From contig CM059432.1 in the NCBI GenBank assembly GCA_030390025.1, forward strand, positions 18,602,001 to 18,666,000: DNA of 64,000 bases, in the 5' to 3' direction. The DNA is from Squalus acanthias. Taxonomy: Eukaryota. The notes beneath the pieces were generated by a model. It did not search any database. It was not told the DNA's origin and worked only from the letters and a program-made list of their open reading frames with translations. Below, one piece after another: positions 50,803 to 64,000 of the stretch (position 1 is its first letter; every line of letters starts with the position of its first letter). The position numbers were made by a program, and so were the translations under genes.

Positions 50803-53800
50803 GGGAACGGTAGCGTAGTGGTAATGTCACTGGGCTAGTAATCCAGAGGCTTGGACTAATAATCCAGAGATGCGAGTTCAAATCCCACCAGGGCAGCTGG
50901 GGAATTTAAATTCAGTTAATTAAATAAATCTGGAATAAAAAGCTAGTATCAGTAATGGTAACCATGAAACTATCGGATTGTCGTAAAAACCCATCTGGTT
51001 CACTAATGTCCTTTAGAGAAGGAAATCTGCCGTCCTTATCTGATTGACTCTTAACTGCTCTTTGAAATGGCCTAGCAAGCCACTCAGTTGTAACAAACCG
51101 CTACGAAACACAGTAATACGAATGAAACTGGATGGGCGAGGTGGCATCAACCTCGGCACTGGCTACGGACACAGCAACGGCACACCCAGTCAAACTTGCA
51201 AGTCCTCCTAACCAACATCTGGGGGCATGTGCCAAAATTGGGAGAGCTGTCCCATTGACTAGTCAAGCAGCAGCCTAACATAGTCATACTCACAGAATCA
51301 TACCTTTCAGCCAATGTCCCAAACTCCTCCATCACCATCCCTGGCTATGTTCTGTCCAACTGGCAGGACAGACCCACCAGGGGTGACGGCACAGTGGTAT
51401 ACAGTTGGGAAGGAGTGGCTCTGGGAGTCCTCAACATTGACACCGGACCCCATGAAGTCTCATGGCTTCAGGTCAAGCTGAAGGGATAATTACTAATCCG
51501 AGCCCTTTTCGGGCTACCCCAGATCAGGCGTATTCCCCAGACATTCACCTTCAACTAAAGTTAGAGGTAGCCGAATCCTAGAGACGCTTAATTGGGTCTA
51601 AAGGTTAGACTATCTCTCCCTAAAGGAAAGGAACGACTTGAAGATGTTACCGTCCTCCAGATAGCACTTTTAATAAGTTTAACTAGACTGTAACCTTTCG
51701 GATATTATGAGGGTCCGGTAAACTCCCCCAGAAATCTGAAACTCCTCACCAAAGAGTGTACAGAGATTGAGTTTGCGAGTTTGATACAGAAGTACTATGT
51801 GAGACAATTCTAAAAATATACAGATTTATTAAAGAACCGACATGCAGTTAACAGTTGATGATTCAATCGCAACTTTAACAGTTCAAAATACAAATAGCTT
51901 ACAATTCTTATTCTCAGAGATCCTTATTCTCAAATCTTAACTTCGTTACATTTTTACATTTCTACTTATTCTTAATCCAGAATATCCACCAAAATCAAAT
52001 ACCTTTGATTACCCGAGACTCAAAGAGTTGAAAACTTACAGAGCTTGCCTCTGAAGTTGAGAATCACTTGCCCCTTCCAGCGAATTCTGTTTTCCCATTT
52101 GAAAATCCTATCTTTTATGCTCTTTCTCAGTGGTATATCCTTTGAAGTCTTCTGCTGATGTAAGATAATTATCTCTAGTCATATTTCTGTTGACTTCTTT
52201 CTACTCTTACTGTCAGTTCAGCTGCTGCATGCAGACTTGTGTCTCTACCTTTACGTGTTCAAAACTTACAATAATGTAACAGCCATTTTTACGAAGGTCT
52301 TTTAATCAATTCTTAAATCACCTCAGCTGGTTATAAGCAGACGTTGTGTCTCCTAACTGTTCCAAGTTCAATACAAACACAATGTGATTGCTTGGTGCAT
52401 CTATTGATGTCATATTTACAAAGTCTTCTGTTTGTATCTTTTACAACATGTAAATTAAAACCACCTCAACCGAGTACATGATTGTTTTCTTAGCTGCTTC
52501 AATTGGTTGTATTAAGAATTATGTCTCCTGTCTTTCATTTGATGTCATATTTATGAAGGCATATGGTTCTTTAATGTTCTGTGTTTCTGTTCAAAGTGTT
52601 AGTTTATAACACTTTAAACTGGGTATAGCTATTGTGTTCTTTCCAAACTGCAGACTTCTTGGAAACTCCAACCCTTTGCTTCAATAGGGCCATTGTCTCA
52701 GTGTCAACAACCAATTCCCATTTCAAAAGCTTGTATGGTGTTTACAGCTTTGTGTTAATGACTCATCTTATCTCAGAAGCCTGTATTTACAGCTTGTGTC
52801 ATTGAGGCTTTTAGATTTTTAAACCCAGTTTGTCATATTTTAATAATGTCAGAATTCTGTTCATAGGATGGTGTATTTTTCTGAATATGGCTATTCCTTT
52901 ATAAAGCATGGGTAAGGAAACCTCCTGCTGATTACCACCTAGCGCCCTCCCTCAGCTGATGAATCAGTACTCCTCCATGTTAAACACCACTTGGAAGAAG
53001 CACTGAGAGGAGCAAGGGCACAGAATGCACTCTGGGTGGGGGACTTCAATGTCCATCACCAAGAGTGGTTCGGTAGCACCACTACTGACCGAGCTGGCCA
53101 AGTCCTGATGGACATAACTGCCAGGATGCATCTGTCCATGACAGTATTGGTAGCAGTGACCACCGCACAGTCATTGTGGAGACGAAGTCCCATCTTCACA
53201 CTGACGACACCCTCCATCATGTTGTGTGGCACTACCACCGTGCTAAATGGGATAGATTCAGAACAGATCTAGCAGCTCAAAACTGGGCATCCATGAGATG
53301 CTGTGGGCCATCAGCAGCAGCAGATTTGTATTCCACCACAATCTGTAATCGCGGCATATCCCTCACTCGACCATTACCATCAAGCCAGGGGACCAACCCT
53401 GGTTCAATAAGGAATGCAGAAGAGCACAAGGTGCACCTAAAAATGTGGTGCCAACCTAGGGTAGCTGCAACACAGGACTACATGCATGATAAAAAGCGGA
53501 AGCAGCATGCTATAGACAGGGCTAAGCGATCCCACAATCAATGGATCAGATCAAAGCTCTGCAGTCCTGTCACATCCAGTCGTGAATGGTGGTGGACCAT
53601 TAAATAACTAACAGAGGAGGAGGTTCCATGAATATCCCCATCCTCAATGATGGTGGAGTCCAGCATGTGAGGGCAAAAGACAAGACTGAAGCATTTGCAA
53701 CCATCTTCAGCCAGAAGTGCCAAGTGGATGATCCATATCGGCCTACTCCTGAGGTCCCCATCATCACAGAAGCCAGTCTTCAGCCAATTCGATTCACTCC

Positions 53801-55376
53801 ACGTGATATCAAGAAACGACTGAGCGCACTGGATACAGCAAAGGCTATGGGCCCTGACAACATCCTGGCTATCGTGCTGAAGACGTGTGTTCCAGAACTA
53901 GCTGCACTTCTAGCCAAGCTGTTCCATTACAGCTACAACACTGGCGTCTATCCAACAATGTGGAAAACTGCCCAGGTATGTCCTGTCCACAAAAAGCAGG
54001 ACAAATCCAACCCGGCCAATTAGCGTACCATCAATCTACTCTCAATCATCAGCAAAGTGATGGAAGGTGTCATCGACAATGCTATCAAGCGGCACTTACT
54101 CACCAATAACCTGCTCACTGATGCCCAGTTTGGGTTCCGCCAAGACCACTCGGCTCCCGACCTCATTACAGCCTTGGTCCAAACATGGACAAAGGAGCTG
54201 AATTCCAGAGGTGAGGTGAGAGTGACTGCCCTTGACATCAAGGCAGCATTTGACCGAGTGTGGTATCAAGGAGCCCTAGTAAAACTGAAATCAATGGGAA
54301 TCAGGGGGAAAACTCTCCACTGGCTGGAGTCATACCGAGCACAAAGGAAGATGGTTGTGGTGTTTGAAGATCAATCATCAGAGCCCCAGGACATCGCTGC
54401 AGGGGTTCCTCAGGGCAGTGTCCTAGGCCCAACCATCTTCAGCTGCTTTATCAATGACCTTCCCTCCAACATAAGGTCAGAAATGGGGATGTTCGCTGAT
54501 GACTGCACAGTGTTCAGCGCCATTCACAACTCCTCAGATAATGAAGCAGTCCATGCCCACATGCAACAAGACCTGGACGACATTCAGGCTTGGGCTGATA
54601 AGTGGCAGGTAACATTTGCGCCACACAAGTGCCAGGCAATGACTATCTCCAACAAGCGAGAGTCTAACCACCGCCCCTCGACATTCAACGGCATTACCAT
54701 CGCCAAATGCCCCACCATCAACATCCTGGGGGTTCTCATTGACCACATAAATACTGTGGCAACAAGAGCAGGTCAGAGGCTAGGTATACTGCAGCGAGTA
54801 TCTCAGCTCCTGACTCCCTAAAGCCTTTCCACCATCTACAAGGCACAAGTAAGGAGTGTGATGGAACATTCGCCACTTGCCTGGATGAGTGCAGCTCCAA
54901 CAACACTCAAGAAGCTCGACACCATCCAGGACAAAGCAGCCCGCTTGATTGGCACCCCATCCACCACCTTAAACATTCATTCCCTCCACCACCGGCGTAC
55001 CGTGGCTGCAGTGTGTGCCATCTACAAGATGCACTGCAGCAACTTGCCAAGGCTTCTTCGGCAGCACCTCCCAAACCCGCGACCTCTACCACCTAGAAGG
55101 ACAAGGGCAACAGCTGCATGGGAACACCACCACCTCCAAGTTCCCCTCCAAGTCACACACCATCCTGACTTGGAAATATATTGCTGATCCTTCATCGTCA
55201 CTGGGTCAAAATCCTGGAACTCCTTCCCTAACAGCACTGTGGGAGTACCTTCACCACACGGACTGCAGCGGTTGAAGAAGGCGGCTCACCACCACCTTCT
55301 CAAGGGCAACTAGGGATGGGCAATAAATGCTGGCCTTGCCAGCGACGCCCACATCCCATAAACAAATTTTAAAAAA
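50803..55376 (+). mobile_element. Near full-length CR1-group LINE with tRNA-like 5' head (EN+RT pseudogene)
   Basis: A box TAGCGTAGTGG (50811), B box GAGTTCAAATC (50874); [58 protein letters not shown]-rich end. Confidence 0.9.
51479..52903 (-). mobile_element. Probable solo LTR (1425 bp), 4-bp TSD AAGC
   Basis: Splits LINE caggtcaagc|atggg; AAGC at 51475-51478 and 52904-52907; ends TGAAGGGATA...TATTCCTTTATA; AT-rich, no ORFs. Confidence 0.6.
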
Positions 55377-56324
55377 TGGTGCCATGTGTCCTCAGCGCCG
55401 CCTCACCGGGCTGGCTCACCAAGAAGCAGAGATTGAGGTGACAACAGCAAAAAACAAATAAAAAATTACATAATAAGAATGCTTAAAACAGTAACTGAAT
55501 AACTTGTCCCTTTAAACTTAAACAAGTTTTTATATTGATGTGATCTAGCTCAGCATAAATGAGGGAAAATAAGTCGGTTGACATCATCGCACCATGAGGC
55601 AGTAATGATGAACTGATAGGGTAAGATTTAACAGGCATTAAAGTGGACCCCCACCCAATAGGGAGGGAGGAAGTGTTTAGCCATGATGTTCTGGCCATCT
55701 TAAGTGTGTAGGGCAGGCTTGATGGACCAGCTGGTCTTTTCCTGTCCGTCAATTTCATATGTTCATATGTTCCATTCTATGGTAATATGGCCGTCTTAGA
55801 AGGTGTTGCTGCCGAGATAGAACTGTTCAATGTTGTTGGTGTTTTTCCGACTTGTGGAAATGTAATCAATGGAGGTTGTCATCAAAAAGCTTGACCCAAC
55901 ATGCCCGCTCCAGCCAGTCCATGCACGAGTACTTGAAATTGTAGACTCTTCCCATCCAAGACCTTAATCCTCTATTCCTACCTCGCTGATGTATCAAAAG
56001 ATCTATTAATATCTCTACAACTCTCAATCCCCTCAATATTGATTCAGCTCCTTTCACGTATAGGAATTGACCCAGAATACTCCTTATTGTAACCTGTTCC
56101 ACGTATGGAAATAAAATATGACATCTAATCTTTCTGGGGGCTGATGATTTTGTCATTGTGTTCTTGAGTTTTGTGCACATTACGCAATCTAAACAGCCTC
56201 CTTACTTTTATTTTTCATTATTTTAAAGGCCTGCGCCATCACATGCATTTTCAAACAGGCGTCGCTGGGTAGTGCTCAGAAGTGAGATACTTGCATAATT
56301 GTCTGTCTTCCTAGCCGAGCGAGA

Positions 56325-56450
56325 CTAAAGCCAATTGTAGCACTCCCACCATCGGGCACAGTTTGAGATCAGCTAGCAACACAGATCAGGGGTCGCAGCC
56401 AGAAAATTTATCTTCTGTTTGTCTCAGTTCCAGATCAAATGGTGCACTGA
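56325..56450 (-). mobile_element. LF-SINE-like fragment
   Basis: aagccaattgtagcactccc...tgagatcagctagcaacacagatcagggg. Confidence 0.5.
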
Positions 56451-57739
56451 GCAATTTGGGGAGGGGAACATTCAGAATAATTCATTACCAACCCTTTGTT
56501 TCTGCTGCAGACAGATGCAATTTGATTTTATCTCAACCGCTGTGTTAAATACATGTTACTGTAACTGGAGCATTATGATTCCCAGTTAGATGTGAGCTAA
56601 CGTTTGCTGCCTCTGAACCCAGGTCGTTAGAACTGTAAGACCTGCTGCCATGTACAGCTATTTCTTTAGGGAAGAAAGCCTGAGCTGAAGCCTTGGTCTA
56701 CAGCCAACTTTTCAGCACATACTAAGTTACAGCCAGGGTTAGAGCAGAACTGTTTGTAGACAGTGAATGCGTTTGATCCCCTGGAGATAGAGCGACTGCA
56801 GATTATTCAAGGGTCGGTGTGTATGGAATTGGGAGTTCTTGCAGTTTAGGTCAGTAACCAAAGCTTGGAGGGTAATGCAGAGTAAGGGCTGAGAATCTGG
56901 ATAGCAATGCAAAACTCCAGTTTCTGTTTGTGCAACTTTTAGCCCCGGGGCTAATATTATGAAATGATTTACTTCAGCCGGGCTCAGCATTTCCGACAGG
57001 GGACTGTTCTGTTTACAGTACAGAGTTAGGATCCATCCTAAAAATCCCCTGTTTGCCACTAGGTTAAAACTGAAAACATTACATGAAAATACATAAACCA
57101 GTAATTTACAATATTACTGGAATGGAAACAAATTGAAAGTGAAGTAATTTTAGACCAATGACGGATACTCTTGTTTCCTTGCAAGGGGAAAATCTGGCTT
57201 ATCTGCACCTGTCAGGATCCATTTCCACAAGAGTGGTTAACGGTACAAAGTCTAAAGTATTTTGATGTGAGAAGCTTCTTACAGCCACAGAAATATGAAT
57301 TTTCAGCTAATCTGTAATGAAATGTAAATGCTGAATAAAAATAATCCTTCTTCTAATTCAGACTGGCAGCCTGAATGAACACTTTCATTGCTGAATGTCC
57401 TTCTCCAGTGCTGCAGTGTCTCTTTGCAATCCCATTTTTCAGTTGGAATTAAGGACGTGCAAAGAAGTTTCAGGCCTTTTTTTTTGTGAAAGGGTGAAAA
57501 CAGGGGCTGTGCTAACAAGTCATGCTTTTTGAAAGTCTGTTTTAGCGCACAATTTTGGTCCTAATATCTGATTACCATAATTTGAACTTCACTGCAGGCG
57601 CTAAATCAGTTGAGCACTCAAGTGCTGATGAGACACAATTTTCGTGGAGCAGTATATGTGGGCTCCTCACACCCACTCCCACTGAAGGTGTGGAGTGGGC
57701 TGGCTGACACACAGCGTCAGGTTTCAGGAAGGCTCAGGG

Positions 57740-57860
57740 AACGAGTGAGAGGGCGCACAGGTTCTCGGACGTGGCACTAGAGGTCCTGGCGGAGGGGGTC
57801 CAGAGGACGAGGGATGTCCTGTACCCGCAAGGGGGAAGGAGTCCACCTCGCCCTATTGTC
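57740..57860 (+). pseudogene. Truncated Harbinger Myb/SANT exon remnant
   Basis: RAHRFSDVALEVLAEGVQRTRDVLYPQG, homologous to the 17484 and 29504 exons. Confidence 0.65.
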
Positions 57861-58159
57861 CCGCCTGTCCCTCTGTCCTGCAGCAGCCGGTGCTGCTCTG
57901 CCTGCCCTCATCTCCTCCTCCCATTCCTCCTGCAGACCAAGGGAAACCCCTAGCAAGATGCCGGTGACCAATCACTTTCTTTCCCCTGGTGACTCCTATA
58001 AGGTGTCCAATAAGGTAGAGTAGCACAGCACTCACGCTTTACAGGTGAAGTCTTCAGAGAATTTCCAGAATAAATGTTGATAAGAGTGTTGGTGAAGGTT
58101 TGACAAAGTGTCCCAGAAAGTCCTCTTCAAACCTCTAGCAGCAAGTGAACAGTAAAAGG

Positions 58160-58256
58160 TGAAATAACAACAGAAAACGCTGGAAAAACTCAGCAGGCGA
58201 GGCAGCATCCGTGGAGAGAGAAACAGAGTTAACGTTTCAGGTCGATGACCTTTCGT
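58160..58256 (-). mobile_element. Penelope terminal-repeat fragment, hammerhead truncated
   Basis: Matches 5505-5598 and stops inside the CUGANGA core. Confidence 0.75.
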
Positions 58257-58989
58257 AAAATGTGATATACCTTTAAGTAACTAAGTAGCTCTCGAAATTC
58301 TCAGCAATGACTTGTTTAGTCCTGTTTTGCTGGTCATTAAAAGGAGAGATCGTTAAATGAAACGTTATCCACCAAAATGGCGTGCAGCCTCTTTAATGAT
58401 GCAATTTAATTCTCAATCAGCTCCTCTGGGCGTCCATTACTAGCTCAAGCTTCACCTCCATTACCAAGATGACATCTTGCGCTAAATGCGTATAAACCGG
58501 CATTGCAGCTTAAGACCCCATATTGTCCACCTCTTTTCCTCCTTAGCGCCTAAAGCATTCGGCCAAAATCGCTACCTTATTCTTTAACTGCGATTTAAAG
58601 AATGTGCGCACCTGTTGTGGAACTTTGCTGGTTTCTGTAAGATTATTATTGACGGACTATTCTACAAGACTTGGAAATAAAAGTAGATAGCTATTACCAC
58701 ACCAATTTGAATGTTTATTCGGGCATAACACCCAGAGGCAGGAGTGAGGCAAGCTCACACATTTTTCACATTCATTCTTTTTGGTTGCATATTGGATGAG
58801 GGACACAATAAGAAGATTTACTCATATTTTTGTACAATACAATTTGTATATAAATAACTATATCACCATGGTCTGAACACCTCAAAAGGGCCTCATCGGT
58901 GATTTTTACTGGGGAACCTAAAACCACCCTCGAAGCTGGCCCAGAGAAGCACTCCTGCTCCTCCTGGCCCAAAAAGAAATTGACAAACG

Positions 58990-59210
58990 TTGGTAGAAGT
59001 TTGGAACGCTCTTCCGCAAACGGCAGTTGATCCTAGGTCAACTGTTAATTTTAAATCTAAGACTGATAGATTTTTGTTAATCAAGGGTATTAAGGGATAT
59101 GGAGCAAAGGCGGGGGATATAGAGTTAGGTCACAGATCGGCCGTGATCTCACTGAATGGCGGAGCAGGATCGAGGGCTTAAATGGCCTACTCCTGCTCCC
59201 ATGTTCCTAT
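58990..59210 (+). mobile_element. CR1 3' end
   Basis: VEVWNALPQ...FKSKTDRFL...GIKGYG plus 3' UTR. Confidence 0.85.
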
Positions 59211-59964
59211 GGTCTAGGTTTGCCCTCCCACATTGTAGAATACTGAATTCAGTACTAAATTCAAACACTCTGCCGCACTGACCCATTGCAGGAAGTTCAA
59301 GCTCATGTGCATATGTAACAATGGCACCTCAATGCACTATAGTATTGGGGAGGGGGTGGTGATGTTGGTGCACTACGGAAGGCACCATCCTTAAAGATCC
59401 TGTTTAATAGCGAGCACTTTCTCAGAAGGACCAATTCCACATTACTATGGGGGAGTGGTGTTTGTCGGAAGTGCACAGCTCATGATTTTCTAACTATATA
59501 AATGAATGGATGGAAAATTACAAGCTTCTCCCCCCACACTCCCCCCCACCCCAGCCGCCCCGTCCCAGAATGCAGAACTGTCTCTAGAGACACTGGTATC
59601 TTCGCTGTTCCAGCAATCTTAAAGCACTGCAAACATCACAACCAGGATATTGTTTTGGCAACTATCCAGTGATCTAATTAGTGTTGACTGACCTTTGTTC
59701 CAGCCAACTATTCCCATTATTGAAGTCTAATTGCAAAACTGTGATACAATGTTCAAACAAATTATAGTTTTCAAATACAACAGAACTTACGACTGAATTA
59801 TTAATACCCCAATAACATATTCTTCTCCCAAACAAACATGCATGAGTGTTTCAGTAAGGACACAACATGGAACGAGTGACTACCATTTGGCCCATCAAGT
59901 CCACTCTTCTCACAGACCACGTACAATCTGCTTTACTGCGCCCAGTTAATCTCTTAAGGAACAT

Positions 59965-60575
59965 TCTTAAGGAAGTTATGATGAACCTGTATAAAATATT
60001 GGTTCGGCCTCAACTGGAGTATTGTGTCCAATCCTGGGCACCGCACTTTAGGAAGGATGTGAAGACCTTAGAGAGGGTGCAGAAAAGATTTACAGAGATT
60101 GATTCCAGGGATGAGGGCTTTCAGTTACGTGGATAGACTGGAGAAACTGGGGTTGTTCGCCTTAGAGCAGAGAAGGTTGAGAGGAGATTTGATAGAGGTG
60201 TTCAAAATCATGAGGGGTCTAGGCAGAGTAAATAGAGAGAAACTGTTCCCATTGGTGGAAGAGTCGAGAACCAGAGGGCAAAGATTTAAGGTGATTGGCA
60301 AAAGAACCAAAGGCGACATGAGGACAAACTTTTTTACGCAGCGAGTGGTTAGGATCTGGAATGCACTGCCTGAGAGGGTGGTGGAGGCAGACTCAATCGT
60401 GGCTTTCAAAAGGGAGTTGGATAAGTACCTGAAGGAAAATAATTTGCAGGGCTACGGGGAAAGGTGGGGGAGTGGGATTAGCTGAAGTGCTCTTGCAGAG
60501 AGCTGGCACGGGCTCGACAGGCCAAATGGCCACCTTCTGTGCTGTAACCATTCTATGATTCTATGACTATGATTC
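59965..60575 (+). mobile_element. CR1 3' fragment
   Basis: LVRPQLEYCVQ, RRLRGDLIEVFK; ttctatga tail. Confidence 0.95.
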
Positions 60576-63124
60576 TGAAAACGTTCTACTAGCTCACCCA
60601 TAGATAAAGCAAGCAAAAAACCCAGTATACCTACCTAAACTTATATTTTATATTATGCCTCTTAGACTGGTTGTCTTTCTTCACATTGAGCTTGGAACCA
60701 GGGAACATTCAAAAATACTTCACATGTACACTAAGGAAGAGCTGGAGGAAGAAATTAAGAAAATCTAAACCTGAATTCAAGCACAGACCATTGCTTCCTT
60801 GAGTATGAATTGAAACATCATCAAAGTTACATGCTCTGTTGAAGATTTTGTACATGGAATAAAAATGATTTTATTGTAGAACAGAGCAATTTCAGAAAAC
60901 ATTTTTGTTTATGTTTGCTAAAACCATACTGAAATATGCACATGTTCTGACACAATCATCCTCTTTGGACTTAATCAGAATATGAAGTTGATTTACATTA
61001 ACTTGACAATGTCCATATTCTTGGAATTAAAGATTTGTAGACCATCGCATCTGACATCATACTGAAAAGCTACCAGATGTACCCATAAGAAGCCTACTTT
61101 TGAGGGTGTTTCTTTTAACGGAATTCAACACTGATTATAAGCATAATTAGCCAACAAGCAACTTTTGCAGTTCACAAATGTGCCACTGAAATCACAGTAA
61201 CCGACATTAGGGCAGGTTAGGGCACAGGGTAAGGGAGGGAAGTCAAATCGAGCAGGAAGAAATGCTCCCAACTGAAATATTTTTGTTCCCCGTTGGCGGA
61301 TCAGAGTTATACTGTTGGTGGGTCTGAAGAAGTTTGTGATCCATTCCATTCCACCCAGTTAGCTGAATAACTATGCTGGGAAGAGATAGCAGTGAAAGAC
61401 GGAATAGGAAAATGATTTGGTTGTGATTATTAATCATTTATGAAAGTATCCAGTCAATGTGAAACTATAATATAAACAGAAAATGCTGGAAATACTCAGC
61501 AATGTGAAACTGTTATGGGCAAGGCCAATAATGTCATGGGATGTATCTTAAGGCCAGTTACCTGATGTCAAAACAAGTTATTCTAACCTCAGTGCAATAT
61601 TAGGGTAAACTCTGCAAGGCTCTGCACTGACAGCAGGGCCTCGCATGCAGCCAGAGCATATCAGATAATCATGGTCAGCATACCCATTGACTGTTTCCAC
61701 GATTATATGATAAGTACCGGCTGTGTATGAAGTGCTGCCAGTGCTGAGGGGGTCTCACAAAATTAACTCTAATGTGTTCAGATTTACCGAACTTTAAATG
61801 ATGTTTTGGAAGGGAACCAGAAAAAAACAAGAATGAATCCAGAACTTACGGGCTTTAAGTTATGAGGAGATGCTCAGAAAAATGAACTTGTTTATGTTAA
61901 AGAAAAGGAAACTCAGATGAGACATAATCCACGGGGCATGCTAATTTTTTAGTAGAAAAATGGGACAGACTCAGAATGAATGAGGTAAAGGCACCGTATC
62001 AGTGCCATTCATACAAAGAGGATCTCAAGTTTAATCCCTCAAATATGTTAAGAGGATTAGATCACTTAGATGTCAGCAGATTATTTATCTAGGACTGAGA
62101 ATACAGAACCAGAGGATGTGAGCAAAATTTGAAGCTGCCTCAGCTAGACTATTGAAATGAGAAAGATTCCTCCTCAGGATACTGGATATGTGCACTACAC
62201 TCCTGGTATAGGTGTTGCTTAACAATTTAAAAAAAAATTGGATGTTTTTTTCGGAATGGGATTAAGAGTTGTAAGCATAAGTACAGATAGATAGAGATAA
62301 TGGCCAGAACTTCCTGGTGTCTTGTGCCATTGGAATGGTGCATCTATGGCGTTGGGTTCATTCTCACGCTCAAAGGTCCCAGGAAATTATGGCGTAAGTG
62401 AGTTATGCCGTTATTCACACCGCACCATAATTTCCTGGAACTTTTGCGCCGTTCCACCATTACTCTCGCTGAAACCATAAAAAGTTGGTTTGTCATAGCT
62501 CCGCCACCCAATAACGCCCCCCTCCCCCCCCCCCCCCTCCCCACACCATTAAGCTACTGGCTATCCTGAATTTCCTGGATTTACACCAGTTTTCACACCG
62601 CAGCCTCTTAGACCGAAAAAATAATGGCGCAGGTGAATGTATTTAAATTCTTGAGATGAAAATAATCGAATAAATTAAAATAAAATCTCTGTTCTTTCTT
62701 GATATATTTAATTCTTAGCTAAAACCCATCAAAACACTTCTTCTTTGTTATTGTGTGTTAGGTTTAGTGTACATTGTGTGCATGATGTGGGGCACTGAAG
62801 TGTCTGCACTTGCATTGATGAACGTGAACGGGAGAAAAACATTTGTTCAGGCTTGTTTCTGAGTTTGAAATGGTCAGCGCATTTACAGCACTCATCAGGC
62901 ATTAGACCCCTCGTTAGCATATGCAAGGGGCCTATCGCCTGTTTAAGGTGACCGACAGGGATGCCTGAATATTGCCCAGGCCAGTATGACATTGGATGTA
63001 ATTCAGGTGCCCTTGGGGCCTAGGGCATCACAGTGCCAAAATGGACCTTTTCTGCCCCCCTTTCGTGCCCAAGAAACGGGCAAACACAAGAAAGAAAGAC
63101 TTGCATTTATATCAGAAAATTTAT

Positions 63125-64000
63125 ATTAGAAAATATCAACATGATTAGACAAAGTCAACAAGGATTTATGAAAGGGAAATCGTGTTTGACAAACCTACTG
63201 GAGTTTTTTGAGGATGTAACTGGTAGAATAGATAAGGGAGAACCAGTGGATGTGGTGTATTTGGATTTTCAGAAGGCCTTTGATAAAGTCCCACATAAGA
63301 GGTTAGTGTGCAAAATTAAAGCACATGGGATTGGGGGTAATATACTGGCATGGATTGAAAATTGGTTAACAGACAGGAAACAGAGAGTAGGAATAAATGG
63401 GTCCTTTTCGGGGTGGCAGGCGGTGACGAGTGGGGTACCGCAGGGATCAGTGCTTGGGCCCCAGCTATTCACAATATATATCAATGATTTGGATGAGGGA
63501 ACCAAATGTAATATTTCCAAGTTTGCTGACGACATGAAACTAGGTGGGATTGTAAGTTGTGAGGAGGATGCAAAGAGGCTTCAAGGTGATTTAGACAAGT
63601 TGAGTGAGTGGGCAAATACATGGCAGATGCAGTATAACATGGATAAATGTGAAGTTATCCACTTAGGTAGGAAAAACAGAAAGGCAGAGTATTATTTAAA
63701 TGGTGATAGATTGGGAAATGTTGATGTACAAAGGGACCTGGGTGTCCTTGTACACCAGTCACTGAAAGCAAACATGCAGGTGCAGCAAGCAGTTGGGAAG
63801 GCAAATGGTATGTTAGCCTTCATTGCAAGAGGATTTGAGTACAGGAGCAAGGATGTCTTACTACAGTTATACAGGGCCTTGGTTAGATCACACCTGGAGT
63901 ACTGTGTGCAGTTTTGGTCTCCTTACCTAAGAAAGGATATACTTGCCATAGAGAGAGTGCAGCAATGGTTCACCAGACTGATTCCTGGGATGGCAGGACT
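63125..64000 (+). mobile_element. CR1 RT region running off the window end
   Basis: gatgtggtgtatttggattttcagaaggcc, ggggtaccgcagggatcagtgcttggg, tttgctgacgac. Confidence 0.95.

Noticed and set aside
50803..50890. tRNA gene
   Set aside because: A/B boxes are present, but with an internal duplication and no convincing cloverleaf; contiguous with a retroelement.
1..64000. CRISPR arrays, rRNA or prokaryotic operons
   Set aside because: No repeat-spacer arrays or rRNA-like sequence; content is vertebrate repeat-rich DNA.

Overview
Vertebrate genomic DNA, almost certainly a cartilaginous fish (inferred from the repeat families: shark-type CR1 LINEs, DeuSINE/SacSINE1-like and LF-SINE-like SINEs, Penelope fragments, PIF/Harbinger remnants). 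It appears to be mostly intronic, with a few candidate + strand exons of an unidentified gene in 1-26 kb, and is dominated by nested transposable elements. The main structure is a ~17 kb interrupted (TCC)n/(GAG)n array at 30186-47443, about 14.2 kb net of an inserted young CR1. Its flanks suggest it is the hyper-expanded acidic C-terminal coding tract of a Harbinger nuclease gene, inside a ~18.8 kb non-autonomous element that still carries its convergent Myb/SANT exon; the array has kb-scale higher-order duplications. Other notable items are two fold-back Penelope insertions with hammerhead motifs and 14-bp TSDs, an in-frame Myb/SANT-reverse transcriptase chimeric ORF, a tRNA-headed LINE with a matching internally deleted SINE, and a probable solo LTR. 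The huge poly-S/P/L/R/E ORFs in the track are repeat artefacts. Coordinates of degraded repeats are approximate, and family names come from recalled motifs, not database searches.
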